From positions 23,471 through 87,470 of IMG/VR virus record IMGVR_UViG_3300017589_000168: a DNA stretch of 64,000 bases; one strand, 5' to 3'. The notes beneath the pieces were generated by a model, which was given only the letters and a program-made list of their open reading frames with translations, was not told where the DNA came from and ran no database searches. Made by a program: the position numbers and the translations under genes. This DNA comes from a virus. Lineage: Duplodnaviria > Caudoviricetes. This document shows positions 37,597 through 47,189 of this stretch, piece by piece. How positions within the stretch are numbered: position 1 is the stretch's first letter; each line of letters begins with the position of its first letter.

Positions 37597-38520
37597 ATGG
37601 AGGAAATGATGATGGGTCTATTTTCTAAAAAACCCCCTTGCCCCATCTGCGGCGGCAAGATTCCACTGATTCTGCCATCGAAAATTGAGGGCGAATATAT
37701 TTGTAACGACTGTTATAACAAGATTGATATGGATGCCGACAAGGAAAGCAATCTGACAATGCAGGGCTTTCGGGAATATCTGGCATTCTACAATCAAAAC
37801 CAAATACTGAAAGACCGGTTCGTGATTTCTGAGCGGATTGATTTCGGCCTTTGGGATACCAAAATTATCTTTGATCACCAGAACAAGCTGTTCTGTATGA
37901 GCAAAAACCCGGATAAAACGGTGTTTGAAGGCAGCCAGTTGAAATCCTTTACCATCCGGGAGGACAGCACCCCTCTGTTTGAGGGTTCAGCGGCAGGCAT
38001 ACGCCGTTATACCAGCACCGTAACCGAGCGGGCTATGGCGATGGCGCCGCAAATCGCACAGATTGCAGCGAGCAAGCGGATGGCACGAACCCTTGACAGG
38101 ATGGACGACGGTAAAGTAAACAACTCTGCACCGGTGCAGTATTTTGACATTCCTGAACCCTTTCAGGTGTTTAACGTGGAGCTGCATTTCGACCATCCCT
38201 ACTGGACGGTGCTCAAATGTGATATGGACGGCCCCCGGTTTGATAACAACCTCCCGGATGTGAACAACTACCTTCGCTCCTATCAGCAAAGCATAGAAGA
38301 ACTTGAAAAGCTGGTGGCTGCACTCAGGACGGTGGCCTTTCCCGACGCAGCCGAGCAATCTATTGGCCCAGGTATGATGGGAATGGGGGAGTTATACACC
38401 AACATGGCTCCGCCTGCCGACGCCATCGAAGAAATCAAGAAATACAAGGCGCTCATGGAGGACGGCGTGATTTCCCAGCAGGAGTTTGAGGCAAAGAAGC
38501 GCCAGCTCCTTGGGATTTGA
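37597..38520 (+). CDS. Zn-ribbon plus SHOCT domain protein
   Basis: CPIC...CNDC at the N-terminus; EEIKKYKALMEDGVISQQEFEAKKRQLL SHOCT at the C-terminus. Confidence 0.85.
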   Translation: MEEMMMGLFSKKPPCPICGGKIPLILPSKIEGEYICNDCYNKIDMDADKESNLTMQGFREYLAFYNQNQILKDRFVISERIDFGLWDTKIIFDHQNKLFCMSKNPDKTVFEGSQLKSFTIREDSTPLFEGSAAGIRRYTSTVTERAMAMAPQIAQIAASKRMARTLDRMDDGKVNNSAPVQYFDIPEPFQVFNVELHFDHPYWTVLKCDMDGPRFDNNLPDVNNYLRSYQQSIEELEKLVAALRTVAFPDAAEQSIGPGMMGMGELYTNMAPPADAIEEIKKYKALMEDGVISQQEFEAKKRQLLGI

Positions 38521-38557
38521 AGAAAATCAACCTGTCTATGCGGAAGGGGGGCATGAC

Positions 38558-38737
38558 ATGACCTACGCCTGCGAGGACTGCGGCTTTTTATTCTGCCGGG
38601 TGGGAGGGGTAAAGGAATGCCCTTCCTGTGAGAAACCCCATATTCGCCCCGCCACCGGGGAAGAAGCCGATAGGCTACAGAAACTTTTGGAACAAGGAAA
38701 CACAAATTTACAAATCAAGGAGGAACAGACCTTATGA
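38558..38737 (+). CDS. Small Zn-ribbon protein
   Basis: CEDC-x11-CPSC; fills the gap and overlaps the adhesin start. Confidence 0.55.
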   Translation: MTYACEDCGFLFCRVGGVKECPSCEKPHIRPATGEEADRLQKLLEQGNTNLQIKEEQTL

Positions 38738-41700
38738 ACAAACGACTATTAAGTATGTTTCTTGCGCTGTGCATGATTGTGACCATGCTGCCGGTATCGG
38801 CAATGGCGGAAGAAATCCATACAACCATTGGCGGGAGCGGAGAAATTATCAGCTTTGCGCCGCTTGCAGAAACAGAAAAAGCGGTATCACTCGGAACATC
38901 CATTGAAGATTTGGAATTACCCGAAACATTGACCGCTACGGTACGGACAGCCGTATCTATCGGGGAGGATGCCGTACAGGATTCCGGCAGCCCGAAAACG
39001 GCAACCCCCACAACGGCAACAGAACCCGAATGGGAAGAAACCACAGGGGATATTCCGGTAACATGGGATTGGCCTGACTACGACCCAAACACCGAGGGCG
39101 TTTATGTCTTTACGCCGGTCATAGAGGGTTACACAGTCAGCGCCAAATTGCCGGAGCTTACCGTAACGGTGGGTGCGGCGATAATGGGACGCGGAATGGT
39201 CGCTCCCCTGTCAGTCACAACCTATAATATATGGGTGGGCGGCGTGCAAGTGACCAGTGATAACAAAGCGGATGTGCTTGGCGCAGCAGATGGTGAGGGC
39301 GCAACCGTCACCTATGACAGCACGACAAATACCCTTACACTGAATGATGCGGAAATTACCACTCCACACATGGTTTCAGCAGCTAACTACGGTATTTATG
39401 CCCCAGAGGGTCTTAACCTCAAATTGGTGGGCGCAAATTCTATTAATCTTCCGAATTCTATATACACTGTATATGGAATTTCTTCTGACGAGAGTAACCT
39501 CCAAATCAGTGCGGAAAATAACGGCTCCCTCACTGTAACCGCCGGCAATAACTTTGGAATTTATAGCGAAAATCTAACGATCAACAGCGGTGCAATTACC
39601 ACTGTGAGTTCGGTGATTTTTGTGGGGGAATCCGTATCTATCAGCGGAGGAACCGTGACAAGCACCGGAGGCACTCAAGGAATTGTAGGGGAAACAATAA
39701 CCGTTAGCGGCGGAACGGTGACCGCAAGCGGTAGTGGTAAGGCATTGACCAACTCTGTCGGGTCTCCTAATTTCACAGGTATGCAGGTGACCGCAAGCCT
39801 CAATGAGAACGGAACCCCCGCTGTTTCATATAATGCGGCGAATCTTTCAACCTACAAATACATCAAGGTGGAGCCTGCGCCGGAATCTGACGATGTCGCC
39901 CAAATTGGCAGTACAGGCTACGCTACCCTGCAACAGGCCGTTGATTCGGCGGCCGAGGGGCAGATAATCAAGCTGGTCGCCGATATTACGATTACATCGG
40001 CTATTCAAGTGAATACGGCCCACAGCTTTACCCTTGACCTGAATGGTCATCCTATAAGCTGCAGTGCAGCCGTAAACACCATCGTCAAAGCAGGCGAGGG
40101 TGCGCTGACAATTACAGACAGTCAGGAAGATGGAGCGATTGTGGGTAATACCGGTGCCGGTGCTTCTACGGTACGTGTCTTAGCCGGGACATTGATTATC
40201 AATGGCGGCACGATAAGTCAGAGTAATATAAACAATAGAGTGATTCATAACGGCAGTTCATCAGAATCACAATTCGGAACCGTTGAAATCCGAGGCGGCT
40301 CCATCAATGGAATAATTAGTAATGCTGGCAATTTGACCATCACGGACGGTACGATTGATGGTGGTGCCGGGGTTGCGATTTATAATTATAAAACCGCATT
40401 AGTTAGCGGAGGCACCATTACCAGCAACAGCATGATAACAATTTCTAATACTGCCGACGCAAGTTTAACCATCACGGGCGGCACAATATCCAATTCATGC
40501 ACGACCGGAAGTTATGGGGCAATCCTTAATATGAGTGAAGTCTTTATTTCCGGCGGCACGATTGACGGGAGCGGTAGCGGAAGAAAAGGAATATCTAACT
40601 ATGGTATCACCAGTACGGTTACCATCTCCGCGCCATCCGTCGGAAACAGTATCGTTATTAAAGGCGACGCACAAGTAATTGATAGCTTCGGTACGTTTAC
40701 TGTGCCATCGAGTGGTGCGACCATCACCGGAAGTACAAATTATGACGGAACCAATGCAGAAGTGTATAATGCGTCGAATCTTGCCAGCTACAAATACATC
40801 AAGGTGGAGCCTTCGTCAAGTGTCTCCGAACAATTCACCCTCGCCCCCGGCGGCACCTACTATTTTGACCTTTCTATCGAAAAGGCCAACATCGGCACGG
40901 TAAATACCGCCCTGCCTGGCACAAGCCTGCACTATGTGCCCTTTACTTATGCGGGAACGGTGAACGCCTATAGCTTGACAAGCGCAATGGCAACAACCGA
41001 AGAATATGCAACCGCAAACAAATCCGACCGCAGCCTGTTTGTGGGGAATTATAATGTCGGCACAAGTGTCAGTTGGGACAACTTGAACACAGCAGATCTT
41101 ATCTTCGGAAAAACCTTTGATACAAACTACAAGCTGCGCTCTTTAAGCGCAGGGAGCAGCAAAACAGGTTCTGAATCATATGTCAGTGATAATATTGGAC
41201 AGCCGAATACTAACGAATGGGATCAGATTTTGAATAAATCAGGTTCAACTGACAATACGGCAGGGTGGATAAAAAATTGGAGCAACCAATACTCTTGGGG
41301 GCAGGATACCCATGCAGAAACTTCATCATACCGTGCGAGTCGCGGGTACAACGCGGCCCGCCGCTGGAATTTCGGTACCGAGTCGTTCGTCTCCCCGATC
41401 TGCGGTTTCCGCCCCGCCCTTGAGGTACTGGACCCTGACACTCTGACCTCTGACGGACTGAAAGAGGTCACGCTGAACCTGAACGGCGGTAGCCTAAAGG
41501 AAAGCACAGCGAATATCAACATCATCTGTGCTGGCGATAACTTTACCGCACCCAGCGGCGTGGGACTGACTGCGCCTACCGATAAGGTGTTTGACGGCTG
41601 GAAGGATACAAGCGGTACAACCTACACTGCGGGAGATACGGTGCCCAATACGGTCACAGGCTTGACGGCGCAGTGGGCGGGTGGTTCTGTCGCCCAAATC

Positions 41701-44700
41701 GGCAGCACAGGCTACCCCACGCTGCAAGCGGCAGTTGACGCGGCTGCGGATGGGGCGACCATTACATTACTCTCCGATATTACCGCCCCCAATACCGGAA
41801 ACTTAGTCGCCACAGCCAAATCCACAGCGTTTACCCTTGACTTTAACGGACACACAATTACCTCGTCCGGAAACAATGCTGTGATTTCTTATAATGGAAC
41901 AGGTACCCTAACACTTGATGACAGCAAGGGCGAAGGGGGCATAGAAGCAGCAGCAGTGTCGACGATATCTCAATCCAGCGGTGCTGTTATCATAAACGGC
42001 GGTGTATTTCGCTCGGCCACCAATTCGACAAGTACGATATACGTTAGTTTGGGTACATTAACAATAAACGGCGGTACGATTATCAAGAGCAGTGAAAATT
42101 ACCGCGCGATTTGGGGCGCGGGTATGTCCGTCATAAAAATTTGCGGTGGAACAATAGAAGCGCCAGGTTCAGACGCCGTAGGCGTATTCAGCAATTCATC
42201 AGCTATTCAACGCATTATAGTCGATGTGCAAAGCGGTTCCGCCACAATCAAAGGTGGAAACTCTGCAATGACTTCGGCTCCGACCATTGCCAGCGGTACG
42301 CAGGTCACGGCAAGCGCCGTTTATAGCGGCTTACCAACGACCACTTACAGCGCAGGGAGTATCGGTAGCTACAAATACCTCAAGTTTGAGCCCGACACCA
42401 CGAGCCCCGCCATCACCTCGGTATATACAACAACGACTAACGGCACCTATACCATGGGAGATACGCTGGCTTTTGTAGTAAAATTTAACGAAAATGTCAA
42501 CATAGTCGGCACACCGCATCTTACTTTGCTAATTGGCTCGCAAACACGAAAGGCGAATTATGAAGGCGGCAACGGCACAACTTCCCTTAGGTTTAGTTAT
42601 ACCGTTCAAGCCGGTGATGTGGATAAGGATGAAATTCAATGTCTGTCGCCGATTATGCTTAATGGTGGCACCATCAAAGACGCCGCAGGAAACAACGCCA
42701 ACTTGATATTTTCATCACCCATCGTCTTCACCGGCATTCTCGTCGATGCACTCCCCCCTTCTATTACTGCGCAACCAACCAGTCAGACGGTGAATGAAGG
42801 CGTGGCGGTTCCTTTCGTGGTCACAGCGAGCAGCGCTGCACCGCTTTCCTATCAGTGGCAGCTGTCCACCGATGAGGGTTATACTTTTACTGATATCGAC
42901 CGCGCAACGACCCAAGAATTCACCATCTTCGAGGCAGAATACGCCATGAATGGATACCGATATAGATGTGTGGTTACAAATTCAGCGGGTACAGTATACA
43001 GCAATCCCGCTAAACTGACGGTCAACCAACTTGTCACCGCTCCTGATGCGCCAACCGATGTCACAGCGACAGCGGGCGAAGGTCAGGCAAGCGTCAGCTT
43101 TACGGCTCCTGCATCCAATGGCGGTGCTGCAATAACCGCTTACACCGTAACATCCAGCCCCGGCGGATTCACCGGAACCGGAACTGCAAGCCCGGTCACC
43201 GTGAATGGGCTTACCAACGGAACATCTTACATCTTTACAGTGACTGCGACCAATAGTGCGGGGGCCAGTGCGGCATCTGCGCCATCAAATGGCGTAACGC
43301 CGATGGCAAACCAGACAATCACATTTACCAACCCCGGTGCGCAAAGTTTCGGTACAACTCCGACGCTTATCGCAACTGCAAGTTCCGGGCTTGCTGTCAC
43401 CTTTACCAGCAACACGCCTGGGGTTTGCACCATTACAAGCGATGGAGAACTGACCTTTATAAGTGCCGGAACCGCATCTATTACGGCCAATCAAGCCGGT
43501 AATGGCTCTTATCTGATGGCACCATCGGTTACCCAGACCTTTACCGTAAACCCAGTTCAGCCCGGTGCGCCAACTGGTGTCACAGCGACAGCGGGCGATG
43601 GTCAGGCAAGCGTCAGCTTTATGGCTCCTGCCTCCAATGGCGGCGCTGCAATAACGAGTTATACCGTAACATCCAGCCCCGGCGATAAAACTGCCACCGG
43701 AACCACAAGCCCAATCACCGTGGATGGACTTACCAACGGAACATCCTACATCTTTACAGTGACGGCGACCAGTAGTGCGGGTAACAGCGCAGCGTCTGTG
43801 CCATCTAACATCGTAACGCCGAATGCGCCCACCTGCACCATCAGCGGTACCATCAAGGGCAGCGATACAGGCAGCGGCATTTCCGGCGCTGTTGTGCAAT
43901 TAAAGAGCGGAAGCAGCAATGTAGGCAGTCCGGTATTCACAGATACAAACGGAGCCTACACTATTTCCGATGTTTCGGCAGGTACTTACAGCATTGAGGT
44001 AAGCTCTCTCCACTACAACAACGGCACCATCAGTAGCTTTACGGTATCCGAAAGTGTAACCGGCAAAGAATTGACATTGACCAGCATCGTGATCTTCACT
44101 CCTGTAACAGATATCACCATGACCAATGCTGCTTCTGTGCAGGTGGGCAGTGATTTAACCCTGACCGGAATCGTTTCTCCCGCCAATGCCACCAATCAAA
44201 ACATTGTCTGGAGCATCGAAAGCGCAAACGGCACGGGCGCAACCATTGTCGACAGCACCTTTAGGGCAACGTCGGCAGGTACTGCCACGGTGAAAGCAAC
44301 CGTTGCAAACGGCTCGACCGCAAGCAGTGATTACACAAAAACCTTCGACATTACTGTAACGACGACACCGGTTGTAACCCACACCATTACAGCAACAACA
44401 AGTACCGGGGGCAGTATTTCCCCAAGCGGTAGTGTGACGGTGAATAGCGGCACAAGCCAAACCTTTACCATTACACCGACCAGTAATTATTCCATTGCCG
44501 ATGTAAAGGTGGATGGCGTAAGCCAAGGCAGAATTGCGAGCTATACCTTTTCTAACGTAACCGCCAATCACACCATTTCGGCAACATTCAGCTACAATGG
44601 CAGCTCTGGCGGCGGCAGCTCCTCAGACAACAGCAGCCCTGTCATCGTTACCCCACCCGCACCGGACAAGCCAAATTCACCCACACAGGGAGAAATCAAG

Positions 44701-46191
44701 GTTCCCGGCACAGTGGACAGCAAGGGAAATATTACAGTGAACATCACTGACAAAACTGTGGTCGATGCCTTTGACAAGGCACTGGCGGATGCCAAGAAAA
44801 ACGGCAACGAGCAAAACGGCATCACGGTGATCCTCCGTGTGGATACCGGAAGCAAGACCGGCTCTAATGTTACGGTCAATCTGCCTAAGACGGTACAGGA
44901 CACCATCATTGCGAAGAAAATCGTCAACACCATTGTGGTGGTGGACAACCCCGACATCCGAATCGGCATGGACTTAACGACCGTGCAGGAAATCAACAAG
45001 CAGGCAAAATCTGATGTCAACATCACCGCCACCCGCACGGACAGCGGCAAGCTGACCGGGGAAGCGAAAAAAGCTATTGGCAGCCGCCCGGTATTCGACC
45101 TTGCGGTAAACTACGGCAGCGGCAAACAGGTGCAAAACTTTGGCACTGGTAGCGTATCGGTAACCATCCCGTACACCATTGGTGCAAATGAAAAGGCTGG
45201 AAATGTGCAGGCGGTCTATGTGGATGCCAAGGGCAAGGTACACTGGCTCACAAACTCGGTCTATGACAGTGTGGAACAGGTACTGCGTTTTAGCACCGAC
45301 CATTTTTCCACCTACGGCATCGGCTACAAGCAGACCAATACCGCATTTACAGACATTGCGGCTCATTGGGCAAAGGAAGATATTGAGTTTGTGGTGAGCC
45401 GTGGATTGTTCAGCGGCACTTCCAACACTACCTTCAGCCCGAACACGGCCATGACAAGAGGAATGTTCGTCACGGCGCTGGGACGGCTGGCAAATGCCGA
45501 TGTGAGCAGCTACGCAAAGAGCAGCTTCACCGATGTGAAAAGCGATGCTTACTACATGGGCTACATTGAGTGGGCAAGCAAAAACAGTATCGTAAACGGC
45601 ACCGGCAATGGAAAGTTTGCTCCGGATCAGTCCATCACCCGTGAGCAGATGGCGGTTATCATGCAGAACTATGCAAAGGTCATCGGATTTACATTACCGA
45701 AGGTTCATGTGGAAAACACTTTTGCGGACAACGCCAAAATCAGCGCCTACGCCAAGGATGCAGTAAAGCAGATGCAGATGGCAGGCGTAATCAGTGGCAA
45801 GAGCGGCAATATCTTCGACCCGCAGGGCACCGCCACACGCGCCGAGGTTTCAGCAGTGCTGCGCCGCTTTGTGGAGCTGGCGATTTCCAGCGATACCATG
45901 CAGGGTTGGACAAGGAATGACTCTGGCCAGTGGATGTACTACGAAAACGGCAAGGCCGTCACCGGGAAAAAAGACATCGGCGGCACTACCTATACTTTTG
46001 ACCAGTACGGCGTGACGACGGATGTGCCGAAAAACCTGCGGTACATCACCTACACCGTGCAAAAGGGCGATAGCTTCTGGGTTATCGCCCGCAAGCTGGG
46101 CTGCACCATGAGCGAGCTGGAGCGATTGAACAACAAGAGCAGGTTCGACCTCATCCATCCCGGCGATGTACTTCGAGTGCCGGAGAAGTAA
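38734..46191 (+). CDS. Giant modular surface adhesin (2485 aa): beta-helix-like repeats, CLec-like domain, Ig/Fn3 domains, 3 SLH, cell-wall-binding repeat, LysM
   Basis: Signal peptide; Fn3 APDAPTDVTATAG twice; SLH FTDIAAHWAK/TRGMF/TREQM/TRAE; C-terminal YTVQKGDSFW LysM. Confidence 0.92.
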   Translation: MNKRLLSMFLALCMIVTMLPVSAMAEEIHTTIGGSGEIISFAPLAETEKAVSLGTSIEDLELPETLTATVRTAVSIGEDAVQDSGSPKTATPTTATEPEWEETTGDIPVTWDWPDYDPNTEGVYVFTPVIEGYTVSAKLPELTVTVGAAIMGRGMVAPLSVTTYNIWVGGVQVTSDNKADVLGAADGEGATVTYDSTTNTLTLNDAEITTPHMVSAANYGIYAPEGLNLKLVGANSINLPNSIYTVYGISSDESNLQISAENNGSLTVTAGNNFGIYSENLTINSGAITTVSSVIFVGESVSISGGTVTSTGGTQGIVGETITVSGGTVTASGSGKALTNSVGSPNFTGMQVTASLNENGTPAVSYNAANLSTYKYIKVEPAPESDDVAQIGSTGYATLQQAVDSAAEGQIIKLVADITITSAIQVNTAHSFTLDLNGHPISCSAAVNTIVKAGEGALTITDSQEDGAIVGNTGAGASTVRVLAGTLIINGGTISQSNINNRVIHNGSSSESQFGTVEIRGGSINGIISNAGNLTITDGTIDGGAGVAIYNYKTALVSGGTITSNSMITISNTADASLTITGGTISNSCTTGSYGAILNMSEVFISGGTIDGSGSGRKGISNYGITSTVTISAPSVGNSIVIKGDAQVIDSFGTFTVPSSGATITGSTNYDGTNAEVYNASNLASYKYIKVEPSSSVSEQFTLAPGGTYYFDLSIEKANIGTVNTALPGTSLHYVPFTYAGTVNAYSLTSAMATTEEYATANKSDRSLFVGNYNVGTSVSWDNLNTADLIFGKTFDTNYKLRSLSAGSSKTGSESYVSDNIGQPNTNEWDQILNKSGSTDNTAGWIKNWSNQYSWGQDTHAETSSYRASRGYNAARRWNFGTESFVSPICGFRPALEVLDPDTLTSDGLKEVTLNLNGGSLKESTANINIICAGDNFTAPSGVGLTAPTDKVFDGWKDTSGTTYTAGDTVPNTVTGLTAQWAGGSVAQIGSTGYPTLQAAVDAAADGATITLLSDITAPNTGNLVATAKSTAFTLDFNGHTITSSGNNAVISYNGTGTLTLDDSKGEGGIEAAAVSTISQSSGAVIINGGVFRSATNSTSTIYVSLGTLTINGGTIIKSSENYRAIWGAGMSVIKICGGTIEAPGSDAVGVFSNSSAIQRIIVDVQSGSATIKGGNSAMTSAPTIASGTQVTASAVYSGLPTTTYSAGSIGSYKYLKFEPDTTSPAITSVYTTTTNGTYTMGDTLAFVVKFNENVNIVGTPHLTLLIGSQTRKANYEGGNGTTSLRFSYTVQAGDVDKDEIQCLSPIMLNGGTIKDAAGNNANLIFSSPIVFTGILVDALPPSITAQPTSQTVNEGVAVPFVVTASSAAPLSYQWQLSTDEGYTFTDIDRATTQEFTIFEAEYAMNGYRYRCVVTNSAGTVYSNPAKLTVNQLVTAPDAPTDVTATAGEGQASVSFTAPASNGGAAITAYTVTSSPGGFTGTGTASPVTVNGLTNGTSYIFTVTATNSAGASAASAPSNGVTPMANQTITFTNPGAQSFGTTPTLIATASSGLAVTFTSNTPGVCTITSDGELTFISAGTASITANQAGNGSYLMAPSVTQTFTVNPVQPGAPTGVTATAGDGQASVSFMAPASNGGAAITSYTVTSSPGDKTATGTTSPITVDGLTNGTSYIFTVTATSSAGNSAASVPSNIVTPNAPTCTISGTIKGSDTGSGISGAVVQLKSGSSNVGSPVFTDTNGAYTISDVSAGTYSIEVSSLHYNNGTISSFTVSESVTGKELTLTSIVIFTPVTDITMTNAASVQVGSDLTLTGIVSPANATNQNIVWSIESANGTGATIVDSTFRATSAGTATVKATVANGSTASSDYTKTFDITVTTTPVVTHTITATTSTGGSISPSGSVTVNSGTSQTFTITPTSNYSIADVKVDGVSQGRIASYTFSNVTANHTISATFSYNGSSGGGSSSDNSSPVIVTPPAPDKPNSPTQGEIKVPGTVDSKGNITVNITDKTVVDAFDKALADAKKNGNEQNGITVILRVDTGSKTGSNVTVNLPKTVQDTIIAKKIVNTIVVVDNPDIRIGMDLTTVQEINKQAKSDVNITATRTDSGKLTGEAKKAIGSRPVFDLAVNYGSGKQVQNFGTGSVSVTIPYTIGANEKAGNVQAVYVDAKGKVHWLTNSVYDSVEQVLRFSTDHFSTYGIGYKQTNTAFTDIAAHWAKEDIEFVVSRGLFSGTSNTTFSPNTAMTRGMFVTALGRLANADVSSYAKSSFTDVKSDAYYMGYIEWASKNSIVNGTGNGKFAPDQSITREQMAVIMQNYAKVIGFTLPKVHVENTFADNAKISAYAKDAVKQMQMAGVISGKSGNIFDPQGTATRAEVSAVLRRFVELAISSDTMQGWTRNDSGQWMYYENGKAVTGKKDIGGTTYTFDQYGVTTDVPKNLRYITYTVQKGDSFWVIARKLGCTMSELERLNNKSRFDLIHPGDVLRVPEK
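43060..43830 (+). repeat. Two near-identical Fn3-coding direct repeats
   Basis: GTCACAGCGACAGCGGGCGA...GGTCAGGCAAGCGTCAGCTTTA at 43060 and 43579 (519-bp offset). Confidence 0.85.
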
Positions 46192-46204
46192 AAATAACAA
46201 ATCA

Positions 46205-46295
46205 ATAAAGCTATGGGCAAACCCGGTTAAAGCCGGGGACGCAAAGCTGAGGATCTAAGGTGTCTTAGGGCGCTATGATAGTCTGGCTGCTGACA
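46205..46295 (+). ncRNA. c-di-GMP-I (GEMM-I) riboswitch aptamer
   Basis: GGCAAA-CCCGGT-TAAA-GCCGGG-GACGCAAAGC...GGATCTAAG...ATGATAGTC-TGGCTGC matches the class I consensus layout. Confidence 0.85.
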
Positions 46296-46300
46296 GTTAA

Positions 46301-46347
46301 GCAAAAGCCTGCCCTTCATATTCGGAGGGCAGGCTTTTGCGGTTTTT
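46301..46347 (+). terminator. Intrinsic terminator (riboswitch expression platform)
   Basis: GCAAAAGCCTGCCCT / AGGGCAGGCTTTTGC stem followed by GGTTTTT. Confidence 0.85.
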
Positions 46348-46643
46348 AACGGATGCTTTGGACTTCGTGATACCGGCTTTCGCTATGGCTATGGCGAGAG
46401 AGGTATCCATATGAAGATATTCCGCTTTTATCCCTTTTCAGGGTGTAAATAGAGAAAGAACAAACTATACATACCCCAGTTCAAACTTACAATTTAATCA
46501 TGTAAACCTAAAAAAGTTAGCATTTTGCCAAGGGCGAAGTGTTGACTTATTTTTTTCGACAAATTTCCTGCTTATTTTACAAATTATACCAATATCGAGA
46601 TTGTGTTGTGACATTTCCACCAATCCACGTTGCCGTTCCCCAC

Positions 46644-46683
46644 CCTCCAATCTGTTTTCGCATTTCGCAAAACAGATTGGAGG
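46644..46683 (+). promoter_or_regulatory. RBS-sequestering hairpin
   Basis: CCTCCAATCTGTTTT / AAAACAGATTGGAGG perfect 15 bp; the 3' arm holds GGAGG 8 nt before ATG 46692. Confidence 0.65.
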
Positions 46684-46691
46684 AAAGGAAC

Positions 46692-47186
46692 ATGAAGAAT
46701 TATAAAGACAGTGATTATGCCCTAAATAAATTCAGCGAGGGAATTGTTTACCGCTTCGCAGACCGCATTGTAGAAATCACACTGAAGGATTATCTTGCAG
46801 AGAACCTCGGCAAGACAGCACAGGACTTTTTGGAGCTGAAAGCCTTGTCGGATGAAATTTATCATCAGCAAGTCACACATGAAAATCGGACAAGCCGTTT
46901 GGATGTGAGCATCAATGGGCTGGAGGAAACAGAGCAGCTTGCCGCACCACCCCTTGATTTGGACTTGATACATAAAAACGATACCCAAAAAGCCAAGGAA
47001 GCCGCAAGGCGGCTGCTGGACAGCGGAGAATTGACAGAAATCCAGCGGCGGCGCTTTCTTCTGCATTTCGTGGAGGGCTTATCCTACCGGCAGATTGCCG
47101 GTCGTGAAGGGGTGCATTTTACCTCTGTCCACGAAAGCATAGAGGCGGCTGCGGCAAAGCTACAAAAGTTTTTCAAAAAAATTTAA
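46692..47186 (+). CDS. Sigma-70 region-4 (ECF-like) DNA-binding protein of mobile elements
   Basis: LTEIQRRRFLLHFVEGLSYRQIAGREGVHFTSVHESI sigma4 HTH; start adjusted to MKNYKDSDYA. Confidence 0.85.
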   Translation: MKNYKDSDYALNKFSEGIVYRFADRIVEITLKDYLAENLGKTAQDFLELKALSDEIYHQQVTHENRTSRLDVSINGLEETEQLAAPPLDLDLIHKNDTQKAKEAARRLLDSGELTEIQRRRFLLHFVEGLSYRQIAGREGVHFTSVHESIEAAAAKLQKFFKKI

Positions 47187-47189
47187 TTT

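Noticed and set aside
46205-46347. Riboswitch controlling the upstream adhesin
   Set aside because: It lies 3' of the stop codon in the same orientation; the known mechanism acts on downstream sequence.
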